DNA of 40,380 nt, from NCBI GenBank assembly GCA_032718475.1, contig JAUCBJ010005848.1:1-40380 (forward strand). Direction: 5' to 3'. The notes under the pieces were generated by a model. The model made no database searches. It was not told where the DNA came from and saw only the letters and a list, made by a program, of their open reading frames with translations. Shown here one piece after another: positions 23,139 to 33,680 of the stretch; within the stretch, counting starts at the first letter, position 1; each line of letters opens with the position of its first letter. The position numbers and the translations under genes are program-made. This DNA is from Nemertoderma westbladi. Its lineage: Eukaryota > Animalia > Xenacoelomorpha.

Positions 23139-24230
23139 GGTAGCACGAACTTAGTTCCAATGGAAGCGAATTTAGTTCCAATGGATGCGAATTTAGTTCC
23201 AACGGAAGCGAATTTAGTTCCAACGGAAGCGAATTTAGTTCCAATGCATGCGAATTTAGTTCCAATGGATGCGAATTTAGTTCCAACGGAAGCGAATTTA
23301 GTTCCAATGGAAGCGAATTTAGTTCCAATGCATGCGAATTTACTTTCAATGGAGCGAATTTAGTTCCAATGTTTCAATCGTGGGGCTAGCCACGTAGTAG
23401 GCGAAGCCTTTGCCAACCCCACGCGTATTGCCACTATTTGGGATGGGTCAGGGCCAACAATAATTGTAATTACTTGTAAAACCCTTCTGTCATATTTTTT
23501 AAAACCGAATTATTTAATGAATTAAATGTATAATTACACATTTTGAAATATATATTAATCACGAGTATGTGTACAGTACATATATACTGATACTGACTGA
23601 CTGAGTCTGTAGTATTATATAGGCATACTCAAGTCATGCACATTGTGCCATTTCCACACCAAATACAATATCACCAGTTGTTTCGGTTTAGGTGGATGGG
23701 CGTTGTTTTTTACTATGAATATCATTTTAAAGGATTAAATATTATTGAATTTAATTGAATTGTTTTGGTTAGGAGGTTGGGCGTAGTTTGGGTTAATTAT
23801 TTACAATTATTATTTACCCATCCGCCTAATAGTGGTATTAAACAGATTATTCGCCAACTACGTGGCTCGCCCCACAACTGAAACATTGGAACTAAATTCG
23901 CTACCATTGGAACTAAATTCGCATACATTGGAACTAAATTCGCCAAAATTGGAACTAAATTCGCCAAAATTGGAACTAAATTCGTTTCGATTGGACCTAA
24001 GTTCGCCTAAATTGGAACTAAATTCGCCAAAATTGGAACTAAATTCGTTTCGATTGGACCTAAGTTCGCCTAAATTGGAACTAAATTCGCCAAAATTGGA
24101 ACTAAATTCGTTTCGATTGGACCTAAGTTCGCCTAAATTGGAACTAAATTCGCCAAAATTGGAACAAAATTTGTTTCGATTGGAACTAAATTCGCATGAG
24201 GCTTAAATTAGAACTAAGTACGGGGAATCC
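23139..24230. mobile_element. Foldback-type element with long inverted arms built of 21-bp tandem repeats (GCGAATTTAGTTCCAATGGAA / TTGGAACTAAATTCGCCAAAA)
   Basis: The left array (~23147-23370) and right array (~23887-24220) are reverse complements. The inner unique arms GTTTCAATCGTGGGGCTAGCCACGTAGTAGGCGAA and TTCGCCAACTACGTGGCTCGCCCCACAACTGAAAC also pair. The core is AT-rich and non-coding. No clean TSD was seen. Confidence 0.85.
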
Positions 24231-24319
24231 AACATACACCATGCCCCGCAATATAGTGTCGTAACTCCATGACATGACCTACAATTGAAACAGAGAGTTT
24301 CACTTGCCGACTAAAAAAA

Positions 24320-24575
24320 TGCGTTTGAAAAAAGTGTCCCCGGCGATATTGCACCGGTCGTACTGCAGAGTTATTCGTATTTTTACAAATTCATATTTTT
24401 ACATTTGGAATCCTTGCACGGCCAGTTTTCCACTAGTACCAACAAATCACTGTAATGTTGAAGAATAAGAATAACTGCGGTTTAACTGGTGAAATATCGA
24501 CGGAGAGACTTTTTCAAAAGATTGAAAGCTAAATAAAAATTCTTACTCACCCAGTAAGGAGGAGGGATGTCAAAC
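24320..24575. mobile_element. Dispersed MITE-like repeat (counterpart of 13265-13505 in the duplicated block)
   Basis: Colinear with 13265-13505 and contains the same internal inverted repeat. Confidence 0.6.
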
Positions 24576-24603
24576 TATAATTCAAATTTTATTCAATTTC
24601 ATT

Positions 24604-26208
24604 CATTTCATTTCATCATCCGGCTTTAAATGCCACCGGCGGCTTTAATGTTAAACTTAAAATGTTAAAAACAATAACCTGCAGACAAAACGCGCACAGA
24701 TACTGTATATGGTAGGATACCGTAATATAAGCGTTTTAAAAGCATAATTTAATAAACATTAATATATATTAAAGATAAAATATAAGACCATTATTTAAGA
24801 CACGCTGATATACCGAAGACCCGACAACAAACCCTACCCACTGCGACTGCACCAGCCGCATTAAATCAAATGCCACAGCCGCTAGCGCCAGCCTACTCCG
24901 ACTCCCAACCCGCCTAGGCAACATCGGTCTTTTACACAGGGCGAGAAACAGGGACACGCGAGCGCCAGTTCTCGCTATAATAATCCATAACACATTGCCG
25001 TTTGAGAATGTAGTTAGCTTCTGCGTTGTTCATTGTAGACCAAATGTAAAAAGTATTGAAACAATCTCGGAAGGATAAATCACTGATAGCACTATTATTT
25101 TTACTCAATATAGCTTTTATGTCATATTTATTGCAGGTAATAGCCTCTAAACTGGGGTATCCCATACGAACGGAGCCGACTTTATAATCCGCAAATAGTT
25201 GGTCATACAAATACCCCGATAAGTGCTTCACTAACAAGTTACTGAAGAAATATTTTATTCTAGGATTATCGCAATTAAAGGCTGAGTAAATTAAGCGTAG
25301 TTGAGCTGCATGAATTCTAGTGTTAAGATGTTCTTCCTCGAACAGAGAATACAGCGTTTCGTTTGAAATATAAGAGCCCATACCTAGGATTGACCGCATC
25401 GCCTTTCGCCATATTATTCCAAGAGAGTCAAACATATCTGTTGGGATAGTGGACGCACCATATAAAGCAGATGGAGCACATACAACGTTCCATATCAACT
25501 TAGTTATGTAAAAGGGGACAGAGTCTAGGCCTAGTCCTCGCGTTCTCAGCTTTGATACATTAACCCAGATTCGTTTTACAAAGTGATCTTTAATGTACGA
25601 CTTGAGACCCGGAAGTGGTAAACCTAGGAATGTGCAGTGATTTGCCTTTTGTACAGCTCTTCCATCTTTTAGGTATACCCCGTCACATTTATCAGTCTGT
25701 TTGCCCCATATTATTTCATTACATTTCAGAGTGCTTGTTATGAACCACGATTTTTTATAGTTTAGTTGCAAGTTGTGCTGTATGAAATAGTTTTCGCATA
25801 TCAATAGGATTTCTTGAATGTCGCTCTTCAGGTTTGCGAGGAGTAATATGTCATCCGCATATGAAATCGCAGGATAGGGAGTCTTGTTGATATACAGACC
25901 TTTACCTGATTCATCAAGCTTGTTGAACAGATCTGCTAGATAAATGTTGAATAACATAGGGGATAGGACTCCCCCCTGTCTCACCCCGCAGTTTAAACTT
26001 ATAGGTTCTCTGGTTATAATATTATTAATCGCAATATAGGCCCTCGATCTTGAGTAGTAAGAATATAATGTTAGAAGTAACGCTTTATCAATATCGGTTT
26101 GTTCTAATTTCTCAAACAAAATATTGTAAGAAACGGTGTCAAACGCCGCAGTCAAATCTAGCGATATCATAAATACATTTGATCCCTCACTGTTGAAGTT
26201 CTTTATCA
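24604..26208 (-). mobile_element. 5'-truncated non-LTR retrotransposon (LINE) with partial reverse transcriptase ORF (26209-24932) and (TGAAA)n-type 3' tail
   Basis: RT motifs SLDLTAAFDTV, GVRQGGVLSPMLFNIYL, ISYADDILLL, LQLNYKKS and TFLG occur in a 425-codon open frame. The plus strand shows a CATTTCATTTCA tail at 24604. The empty site is visible in the duplicate block at ~13529-13531. Confidence 0.95.
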
Positions 26209-26669
26209 ATTACGGTTTGTTGAATAAAGATAAAATAAAATAAGATGGTGTAGTGAGTTAGTGCATTTCCAAAGACATATATGTGGCATCCCCTGTCTTT
26301 GAAGTTGAATGTTGAATAAATCTCCATTATGTTTGTCACCCATATGGCCTAAGAATGATATAGTCTCCATTTCATTTCATTTAATAATGTAAATAATCGA
26401 CAGCAAAACTTACTAGCTTAGCTAAATTACAGATTTGATAATAAGTGAATTGTTGATATTTTTCGCTATGGAGAGCATTATTATATTGTCCTATTAACAT
26501 TATATATCTAAATTCCAGATTTTCTCTTACAATTTATCTGTATATATCTAATGTATCTACCCAATCAGATGGCTTCCTGATAAGGTATTTAAGGAGCTGC
26601 TAGCCACTGTTTTATCACTCTCGAGTCGATAACATGGTGCCTTGTACAAACCCCTGCTGCAAAGTCTAC

Positions 26670-26790
26670 TGTGGGGCGAGACACGTATGGCGAGCCATCA
26701 GCGAACTGATATAATTATACTATGGCCGTTTCTCAAAAGTCTGTGTGTGACGTGTGTGTGTGTGTGTGTGTCGGTAGCCATAAATGTCGG
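26670..26790 (-). mobile_element. DINE-1/Helentron-like repeat end with (GT)n microsatellite
   Basis: TGTGGGGCGAGACACG terminus followed ~70 bp later by (TG)n. Confidence 0.45.
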
Positions 26791-27511
26791 AAGCCATAAT
26801 CGAAGTTAATATCTTCAGTTAAATTGTATGGTTGAATCGAATTATTTCGATTCTTCTATCGGTAATTAATTATTTAGGGGGGTAACATTTATCCCATCTG
26901 GTATAAAATTAACATGGGTAGATTCGCCGTGTCCCATTCTATCAAAGTCTTTACTTTATACTCGAGATTAATGTCAAGTTTTATAGTTATTTATTGATTT
27001 ACAATTAAAATTGCATTTTTATCAATTAATTCACACGCAGGCTCTAACCGCCTAATGACAGTCAATACGGAGTAATTCCTTCCCGTGTCTTAGCAACGCT
27101 GAGAATGTCCTGGCCTGTTAGAGGCAGACTGCTGCTGGTTGGGGATGGTAGGATAGCATTAATTCCCTAAACATTCACTCACTCCCCATAGAACTGGCTG
27201 ACGGGGGTGTGTGTGTGTGTTTAGGTATCAGTTATTTAATGACATTAATATTATTACTAATGAAGGAATAGTGCTCCTTCAATACATCTCAACAGACATC
27301 AATTCATTGCCTGTGCCTACCAACGCGTGCTCCATAACATAACAACATATATCCTTGATTTCCATCACCTCTCACCACAATTATTATTAGTAATTAAAAG
27401 TTTCAATTCGGTTTGTCGTTCCGTTATCTGGTTATTCAGTTATTGCATTATTAATAAATAAATGTTTTAAAATATATCTTACGAAATATGGTTAATAATT
27501 AAAACTTGTCG

Positions 27512-28050
27512 CTAACATTCTCACTATGGGGGTTTTAAGGAGTGCTGATTACATTTCTGATGTCAGTTTTCACGTTTACATAAATCTAGTCTGTCTGTCT
27601 GTCGGTCTTTCTGTCAGTCAGTCTGTCAAAACATAAAAGAGAATTCAAATTAACTAACATTCTCGCTATTGGGGTTTTAAGGGGTGCTGATTTCATTTCT
27701 GATGTCAGTTTTCAGGTTTACATAAATATAGTCTGTCTGTATGTCGGTCTTTCTGTCAGTCAGTCAGTCTGTCAAAACTTAAAAAATAATACAAACTAAC
27801 TAACATTCTCGTTATGGGGGTTTTAATGGGTGCTAATTTTATTTCAGATGTCAGTTTTCACGTTTAAAGAAATCTAGTCTGTCTGGCTGTCGGTCTTTCT
27901 GTCAGTCAGTCTGTGAAAACTTAAGAAAGTATACTAACTAACCAACATTCTCGCTATGGTGGTTTTAAGGGTTGCTGATTTCATTTTTGATGTCAGTTTA
28001 CACGTTTACATAAATCTAGTCTGTCTGTCTGTCGGTCTTACTGCCAGTCT
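27512..28050 (+). repeat. Tandem repeat of a ~142-146-bp unit, ~4 copies, each with a GTCT microsatellite (resembles central repeats of Helentron-associated elements)
   Basis: C(T/C)AACATTCTC..TAT.GG.G.TTTTAA.G..TGCT.ATT.CATTT..GATGTCAGTTT recurs at 27512, 27654, 27800 and 27942. Confidence 0.9.
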
Positions 28051-28227
28051 GTACTACTGTACTGTGGTTGGCATTACGCCATATACCTAACACTAATAAT
28101 ACAGTCTACAATACAGCCTATCTACAGTACAGAATGGATTTTTTGCCACGAAGAGCAATAAATGTCATTAATACTATCCACCAGTATACCTACTCCAAGA
28201 GCCTTCCAATAAAACACGTATTCCAGC

Positions 28228-28299
28228 ATGACGTCCACTGCACGTCTTCGTGCTGTCCATTGTGACGTGCAGTGGACGTCATAGGCTCTAAGGGGTTAA
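28228..28299. repeat. Perfect 19-bp inverted repeat followed by a GGGG-TTAA (piggyBac-like) terminus
   Basis: ATGACGTCCACTGCACGTC (28228-28246) / GACGTGCAGTGGACGTCAT (28264-28282) with a 17-nt loop, then AGGCTCTAAGGGGTTAA. Confidence 0.65.
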
Positions 28300-28673
28300 G
28301 CAACACGGTCCCTACTTCGCCCTGTCGACACCCCAGCCATTTTTCACCAATCCTTTTTTAGAGTTTTTTAATTTTTTTGGTATTGGTGAAAGTTCTACAA
28401 CATTAGTAGATATGTTTTTTATGATAGCTAGTGATTTTTTGCTAGCTAGTATTTTTTGAAATTATAAAAAATGTGAAAGTCCATGATATTTCAGGTTAAA
28501 CTGTTGAAGAATATATTAATGACCAAAATAATTTCCAAAAATTACTAGCTAGTAAAAAATACTAGCTATATACCATTAAAAATCTACTAAGGTTCTAGAA
28601 TATTCACTAGTATAAAAAAGCACTCAAAATCACAAAAAATAAAGGTTAAAAAACTCATTCGGGACCCTTTTGC
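28300..28673. mobile_element. TTAA-flanked MITE with long imperfect inverted arms
   Basis: TTAA|GCAACACGGTCCC ... GGGACCCTTTTGC|TTAA. The internal arms around TAGCTAGT motifs are mutually inverted. Confidence 0.7.
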
Positions 28674-29745
28674 TTAAGGAGTCAAAATTGTAGAACAAAT
28701 TCCCGAAGTTTGCGACGTTTGCGAAATTCGCGAAGAATCCGTCAGTTTCTGTGCCCTAATGGGTTCGTGACGAAACAATCAAATCTTACACACTTAACAC
28801 ACGCGAACTAATTTAATGTGTGTATTAGTATGCATGAATCATTAAATACAAATTAAATTAATGAACGCTATTTCAACACGAAATCTACGGAATCAATACA
28901 CAACACACCCACACTACTGAATTCAAAAATTTATATAGATTGCAACTTATACTTGGCTACCTTTTAGGCCTAATGGGTGACTAATTTAATTATTCACCCC
29001 TATATATTTGTAGCCTTTTTAATTTGTGCCTCTAATTGAATCAAACATTAAACTAAAATATATGTCACAATATTGGTCTGTCGGTAGCTGGTCAATGAAT
29101 CTCTCATAAATTTGTTAATTAGTCGCTGCTCAGTCATTGAACATTTGAACACGTGCTGCTCGAAGACCCCACAACGTGTATTAATTGTTTTCCTCCTTCT
29201 ATTTCCATATTATTTAACAACTTCTACTTTAGGAGCTGTCACTCAGCTGCACTCCCAAGGAATCTCTCAAAACCACAACGCCCAGTTTTCGCCACAAATA
29301 TTCAAATAAAATGTATATTTAAATTATATATATGACCATAATAAAGTAAAATAAAGTATATGTCCAGAGTTAAAAATATCGAGAACATCATAAAAGATAA
29401 ATTGAGTGTGCGGGCTGAAGATTTACATTCATACACAGTTTGCTACTCCATTCCTATTGTTGAAAGTCTTGGATCACATCTGGATATAAGAGACAGCGGT
29501 ATATTAAGGAAAATAATTCCTTGGCTAGAAATTAAATCTTACTTTTTTAAAATTAAAGGCTGAGTGGTCAATTAAGTCCATTTTAACAAAATATAACATG
29601 AATAGACTACCGATAGCGCTATTTACATCGTTGTAAAATAAAGTATCCTGTTTCAGAGTTTTATGACCTGAGTGAATTTATTCACAGTGAAAGAGCAGCT
29701 ACAATGATAAACGTAAATTTTGTAGATTATAAACAAATTAATTAC

Positions 29746-29936
29746 CGAAGTTGAACGCTGCTCCACTGAGTAACCTTGAACACTTTGGTCATATTGTTGT
29801 TTAAAAGCTGATTGGCCACTACTGCAACTAGCCATAGGGGCGGCGCATGGTAGCGTGTTAGCGGATCCCATGGTAGCGGATCCCAGGCTCGTCTCACTCT
29901 CAGGCGAAGTGGGTCGACCATTCTCAACCACGTGAT
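29746..29936 (-). CDS. Internal Ser/Thr-rich coding exon, probably an upstream exon of the Q/P-rich gene ending at 15987
   Basis: Strong acceptor (tttattttttag) and GTAATT donor. The exon is GC-richer than its flanks and reads HVVENGRPTSPESETSLGSATMGSANTLPC...QGYSVEQRSTS. Its phase-0 end is compatible with the exon starting at 18941, but the linkage is inferred. Confidence 0.6.
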
Positions 29937-30156
29937 CTAAAAATAAACATATCGGATTTTATGTATTTATATTAGGCGTTTATCGGTTGACAAAACCTCT
30001 CTCTTCCCAAAAAGGATTTATCTTCAAACCCGCTTAGCATATCTCATCTCGTAAAGGAATCACATATAATTTTACGACTACACACAATGCGTGGGCGTGA
30101 TACTGTTTAAAAAAAAATAGATTATTGTCTGTGACGATGATAGCAACACGCCTGAA

Positions 30157-30173
30157 GCCACTAGAGGGCGCTA
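30157..30173 (+). promoter_or_regulatory. CTCF-binding consensus site
   Basis: GCCACTAGAGGGCGCTA matches the CCASYAGRKGGCRS core without mismatch. Binding itself cannot be seen from sequence. Confidence 0.55.
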
Positions 30174-30412
30174 ATATTACCTAAGGTTGCGCGTAGTCCC
30201 ACATGCAGTGTGCAGTGAATGTGTTACAAATTCGCTGTAACATTGTCCATGACCATTGCCATAAATTATTTGTGTGGTAAATAAAACACAAATTATAATT
30301 AGGTAATAAATTCACTTAAATTAAAAAAAAAACAAGTAAAATCTGAAAATTATAGATAACAAAGGCATAAATGAGAAATTACAATGCTAAATTATATATT
30401 TTATTTGTTGTA

Positions 30413-30928
30413 AGGCCCCCCTCACACGGAGCAACTTGTTTCTGCAACTTGTTTCTGAAACTTGTTGCTGGACCCCCTCACACACAGAAACTTGTTGCTG
30501 CAACTTGTTTCAGCAACTTGTTTCCGAAACTTGTTTCTGCAACTTGTTGCTGGACCCCCTCACACACAGAAACTTGTTGCTGAAGAAAATAACAATTATT
30601 TCCAAATAAATAGCTAACATGTCCACTCATTTATATGTAATATCACATCACTCAAATTATCTAATATTAGCTAGTATCAAAATGGAATGTAATAAAAGTT
30701 TTTCAAAAAGTTGCTGGGAATATAACTTCCAGCAACTTGTTGCTGGACTCCCTCACACACAGAAATAAGTTGCGGAAACAAGTTGCAGAAACTTGTTGCT
30801 GGAGTCCTCACACACAGAAACAAGTTTCGGAAACAAGTTGCAGCAACAAGTATCTGTGTGTGAGGGGGTCCAGCAACAAGTTTCAGAAACAAGTTGCAGA
30901 AACAAGTTGCTCCGTGTGAGGGGGGCCT
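30413..30928. mobile_element. Complete MITE (PIF/Harbinger-like termini) with long TIRs and AACTTGTT(T/G)CTG subrepeats
   Basis: TA|AGGCCCCCCTCACACGGAGCAACTTGTTTCTGCAACTTGTTTCTGAAACTTGTTGCTGGACCCCCTCACACACAGA is mirrored exactly at the right end, ...CCGTGTGAGGGGGGCCT|TA. Confidence 0.88.
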
Positions 30929-31560
30929 TAGTCACTTTTTTTGTCAAAGTCTTTAACAAGTTTGACAAAAAAATAACACTTTTTCTGCCAACAAAAAAAG
31001 TAATGTTTCCATGACATTAATAATAACATTGCATTTAAATGGATAATAGATTAAATAGATAATTTCTAATACTAGCTAGTTTTTGTAAATTTTTTTATAA
31101 ATGTTATATATAGAACACGTGTTGCTATCAATTTTGATAAATATTTTTGTTCTAGGGCACTTTTTATGTTCTATAACATATTTTATATTTTTTTATACTA
31201 GCTAGTTTTTTCTACTTTTTTATAATTAATGTTATAGAACAAGTGTTAGTTATCAATATTTATGTTCTAGAACACATTTTTTTCTAGAACATTTTTTGGA
31301 AAAAAATACCATAATACTGTCAGAAGGTCAAATATTTGTTCTAGAAAAAAAACCTTATGATAAAATAATTTTTTAAATGAAAACAATTAGTCAAACAGTG
31401 GGTACCCAAGGTCTAGTAATGCCCGTATTTCACTATGGAAGAAGCTTCGATGGACGATATTTATGCTGAAATAGGCCCAGATAAAAAGTGACAAAAGTAC
31501 TGATAAAAGTACTTACAACAAATAAAACGAATAAAAAACGAATAACGAATAAAAAACAAA

Positions 31561-31675
31561 TAAGTGGTGGCAAAAAGTAACATATTTTGTCTTGCTTTCT
31601 TATTTTTAATTTTATAATAATTTTTTTTATTTATAATAACGCTCTACAAAAAGCCTACTTTTTTGCCACCACTTA
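31561..31675. mobile_element. Small inverted-repeat element immediately 3' of the membrane protein stop codon
   Basis: TAAGTGGTGGCAAAAAGTA ... TACTTTTTTGCCACCACTTA. Confidence 0.55.
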
Positions 31676-31691
31676 AATAGTTATTATATCT

Positions 31692-32648
31692 TTATCGCAG
31701 GCTTTTATCATCTTCTTCATAAGCGTACATTGAATTCATCGAAGGCGACGTAAGTTCCGGTGCGGAAACGGACTCGGTTATCGGAGGACTTGGTAACGGT
31801 ATGAAACTCGAGTTGGGAGATAGATGGGCCGGCTCAAGTAACGGTATGAAACTCGAGTCGGGAGGGAGATGAACGCCGCTCATCGCATCCGTACCCGTCG
31901 TTCTGCGTCCCCATCCCAAACACAACTGGCACGTAGTGATACAGGAGGTGACCACCTTGACGCACAGACTGCAGTCGGTTCCCGTGTCTACCTGGGAATC
32001 ACCTTTGTCTCGGTTACAAAACATGTAAATGGATGTGCACGAACATATAGTGGCAATAAACACGCACACATTGACAAGAGTAGCTATAAGAACAACTTTA
32101 TCTCGGGCGTAACATAGTTTCGCCCTATCAAGCATAGCAGACAGATAAGGCTGGTTAACAATGTCTGGCTTGTCCATTACTAAATGTGGATTAGTATTCA
32201 CAGAAGGAGCGTCTATCCTCTTATTCAAGACAATAGATTCGAGCTTATTTAAGTCTTTATCTTTCTCTAACCAATTTCCGTTCTGATAACCAGCGATATT
32301 TTCGATATAAAATTTTTTCATTCTCTTGTTGAAAAGTTCCCTAAATTTTCTGCGTTTTACCGGGTCCTCCATAAGAGTAAGGAGTTTTTGTGTTCGCATA
32401 TCGTAGTTGTAGAACTGATCCAGACCTTGGGGACTGCGTGTGTCTACTGTCTGGCCGTCGGTACCAACTATCATAAGACCTTTGGAGTTAAGTCGAGGCG
32501 GGTTGAGGTTGCTAGGCATTATGTCATTCGCGACTCGGACAAAAGCTCTGTTTCCGCCATTGGAAGTAAAATCTAAAGACAAAACGTCCACAGCGAAACA
32601 AATGGTGGGTAGGTGATAAGTCAATACTAGGAAAATTACTAGAGCCAT
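31692..32648 (-). CDS. Predicted type I single-pass membrane protein of unknown function (318 aa), single coding exon
   Basis: ATG at 32648 follows an acceptor at 32683-32682 and an in-frame stop. The protein has a signal-like N-terminus MALVIFLVLTYHLPTICFA, a hydrophobic segment VVLIATLVNVCVFIATICSCTSIYMFC, and a Cys-rich then P/S-rich tail. A putative non-coding exon lies at 32944-32848 (AG...GTAAGT). Confidence 0.72.
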   Translation of the reverse strand: MALVIFLVLTYHLPTICFAVDVLSLDFTSNGGNRAFVRVANDIMPSNLNPPRLNSKGLMIVGTDGQTVDTRSPQGLDQFYNYDMRTQKLLTLMEDPVKRRKFRELFNKRMKKFYIENIAGYQNGNWLEKDKDLNKLESIVLNKRIDAPSVNTNPHLVMDKPDIVNQPYLSAMLDRAKLCYARDKVVLIATLVNVCVFIATICSCTSIYMFCNRDKGDSQVDTGTDCSLCVKVVTSCITTCQLCLGWGRRTTGTDAMSGVHLPPDSSFIPLLEPAHLSPNSSFIPLPSPPITESVSAPELTSPSMNSMYAYEEDDKSLR

Positions 32649-33019
32649 GAAAAACACACACACTTCGCGAATTTACTTAATCTAAAAAAAATGTAAAAGT
32701 AAATCAATGTAGATTATTTCAACAGTAGCTAACGTTTGTAGTATAAGCATGGCCTTGGTATAAGTAGCATTGTTGTTAAATAATTCATACCAGAGCAAGG
32801 GAATACCGTCACAACATATTCTAGAATACGTAAAGTAAAGGACTTACAACCACGGAAGCGAAAGGTAGACGTATACAGTAAAGGTGGAGGCTGATTTTAT
32901 ACTGATTTGTATAAACAAGGTTGAGAACTGATATACACCATCTCCTGGGAGGATATAGTGTCGTTCGATATTAAATATTATTTTCTATAAATCATAATGA
33001 TATTGTACGGAATTTGAGT

Positions 33020-33180
33020 CAGTGTTAGTTTCATCTCCCACCTCCTTCTTGTGTGTGTCAGAATTATATTTTTGCTTTCATTCTATAGATATATATATAT
33101 GCGTCAAAAAAAGTGTCTCCGTCGATATTGCACCAGACGTACTGCAGTCATTCTTCAACGTTCAACCTTAGTGATTTGAA
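33020..33180 (-). mobile_element. Inverted copy of the dispersed MITE-like repeat (19262-19445 family)
   Basis: TAGTTTCATCTCCCACCTCCTTC...TTTTTGCTTTCATTCT...AAAAAAGTGTCTCCGTCGATATTGCACCAG is the reverse complement of ~19310-19445. Confidence 0.6.
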
Positions 33181-33511
33181 TGGGAGAATCTTTTAGGCTT
33201 GCTAAGCCAAGGAATGCCTGTTCACCACCATGGGTGATCTTCCACAGTAAACCCTTCCACTTTACCTTCACCAGTACAAGTTAACTAGTTGAACTTTCAA
33301 CTAGTTGAGCAGCACTGTGTAGGCCTATATTAAGTAAATGGATAATTAGATAGCTATTAATTTCAACCCTCTAGCCTAAGGGACCTCTTCAGGGAAACTA
33401 AGATAGTCACTAATAAGCACTCAAAATATATAGCAACATGGACATGAAATACTATGAATTAAATAATGTAACTGTATCTTGTAGCCTGTAGCTGTAACCT
33501 GTAGCACTGGA

Positions 33512-33680
33512 TGTGGGGCGAGCCACGAAGTGAGCAAAGCCTTGTCTATCGTCGTCGTCTGTCGTCATCGTCTGTCGTCGTAAATTTTTGAACGCTAATA
33601 ACTCGGTCATTCCTTGATGAAATTAAACGAAACTTGGTATGTATGTCGTCCGTTAAAAGTTTAGAAAGAATCTGAAGTTT
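33512..33680 (-). mobile_element. DINE-1/Helentron-like repeat, inverted relative of 100-303
   Basis: TGTGGGGCGAGCCACGAAGTGAG, (GTC)n microsatellite, TAATAACTCGGTCA.TC.TTGATGAAAT and AAACTTGGTA, all mirrored in 150-303. Confidence 0.65.

Noticed and set aside
22235-24206. Repeat-peptide ORFs (GRRSEWD..., ANLVPME..., LELNSPK...)
   Set aside because: They are translations of transposon-arm tandem repeats.
23126-24239. AGCATACAG / AACATACAC as TSD of the 21-bp foldback element
   Set aside because: Two mismatches, and not flush with the inferred left terminus.
29088-29335. Plus-strand exon-like segments (acceptor at ~29232)
   Set aside because: I could not link them into a gene or recognise the peptide in any frame.
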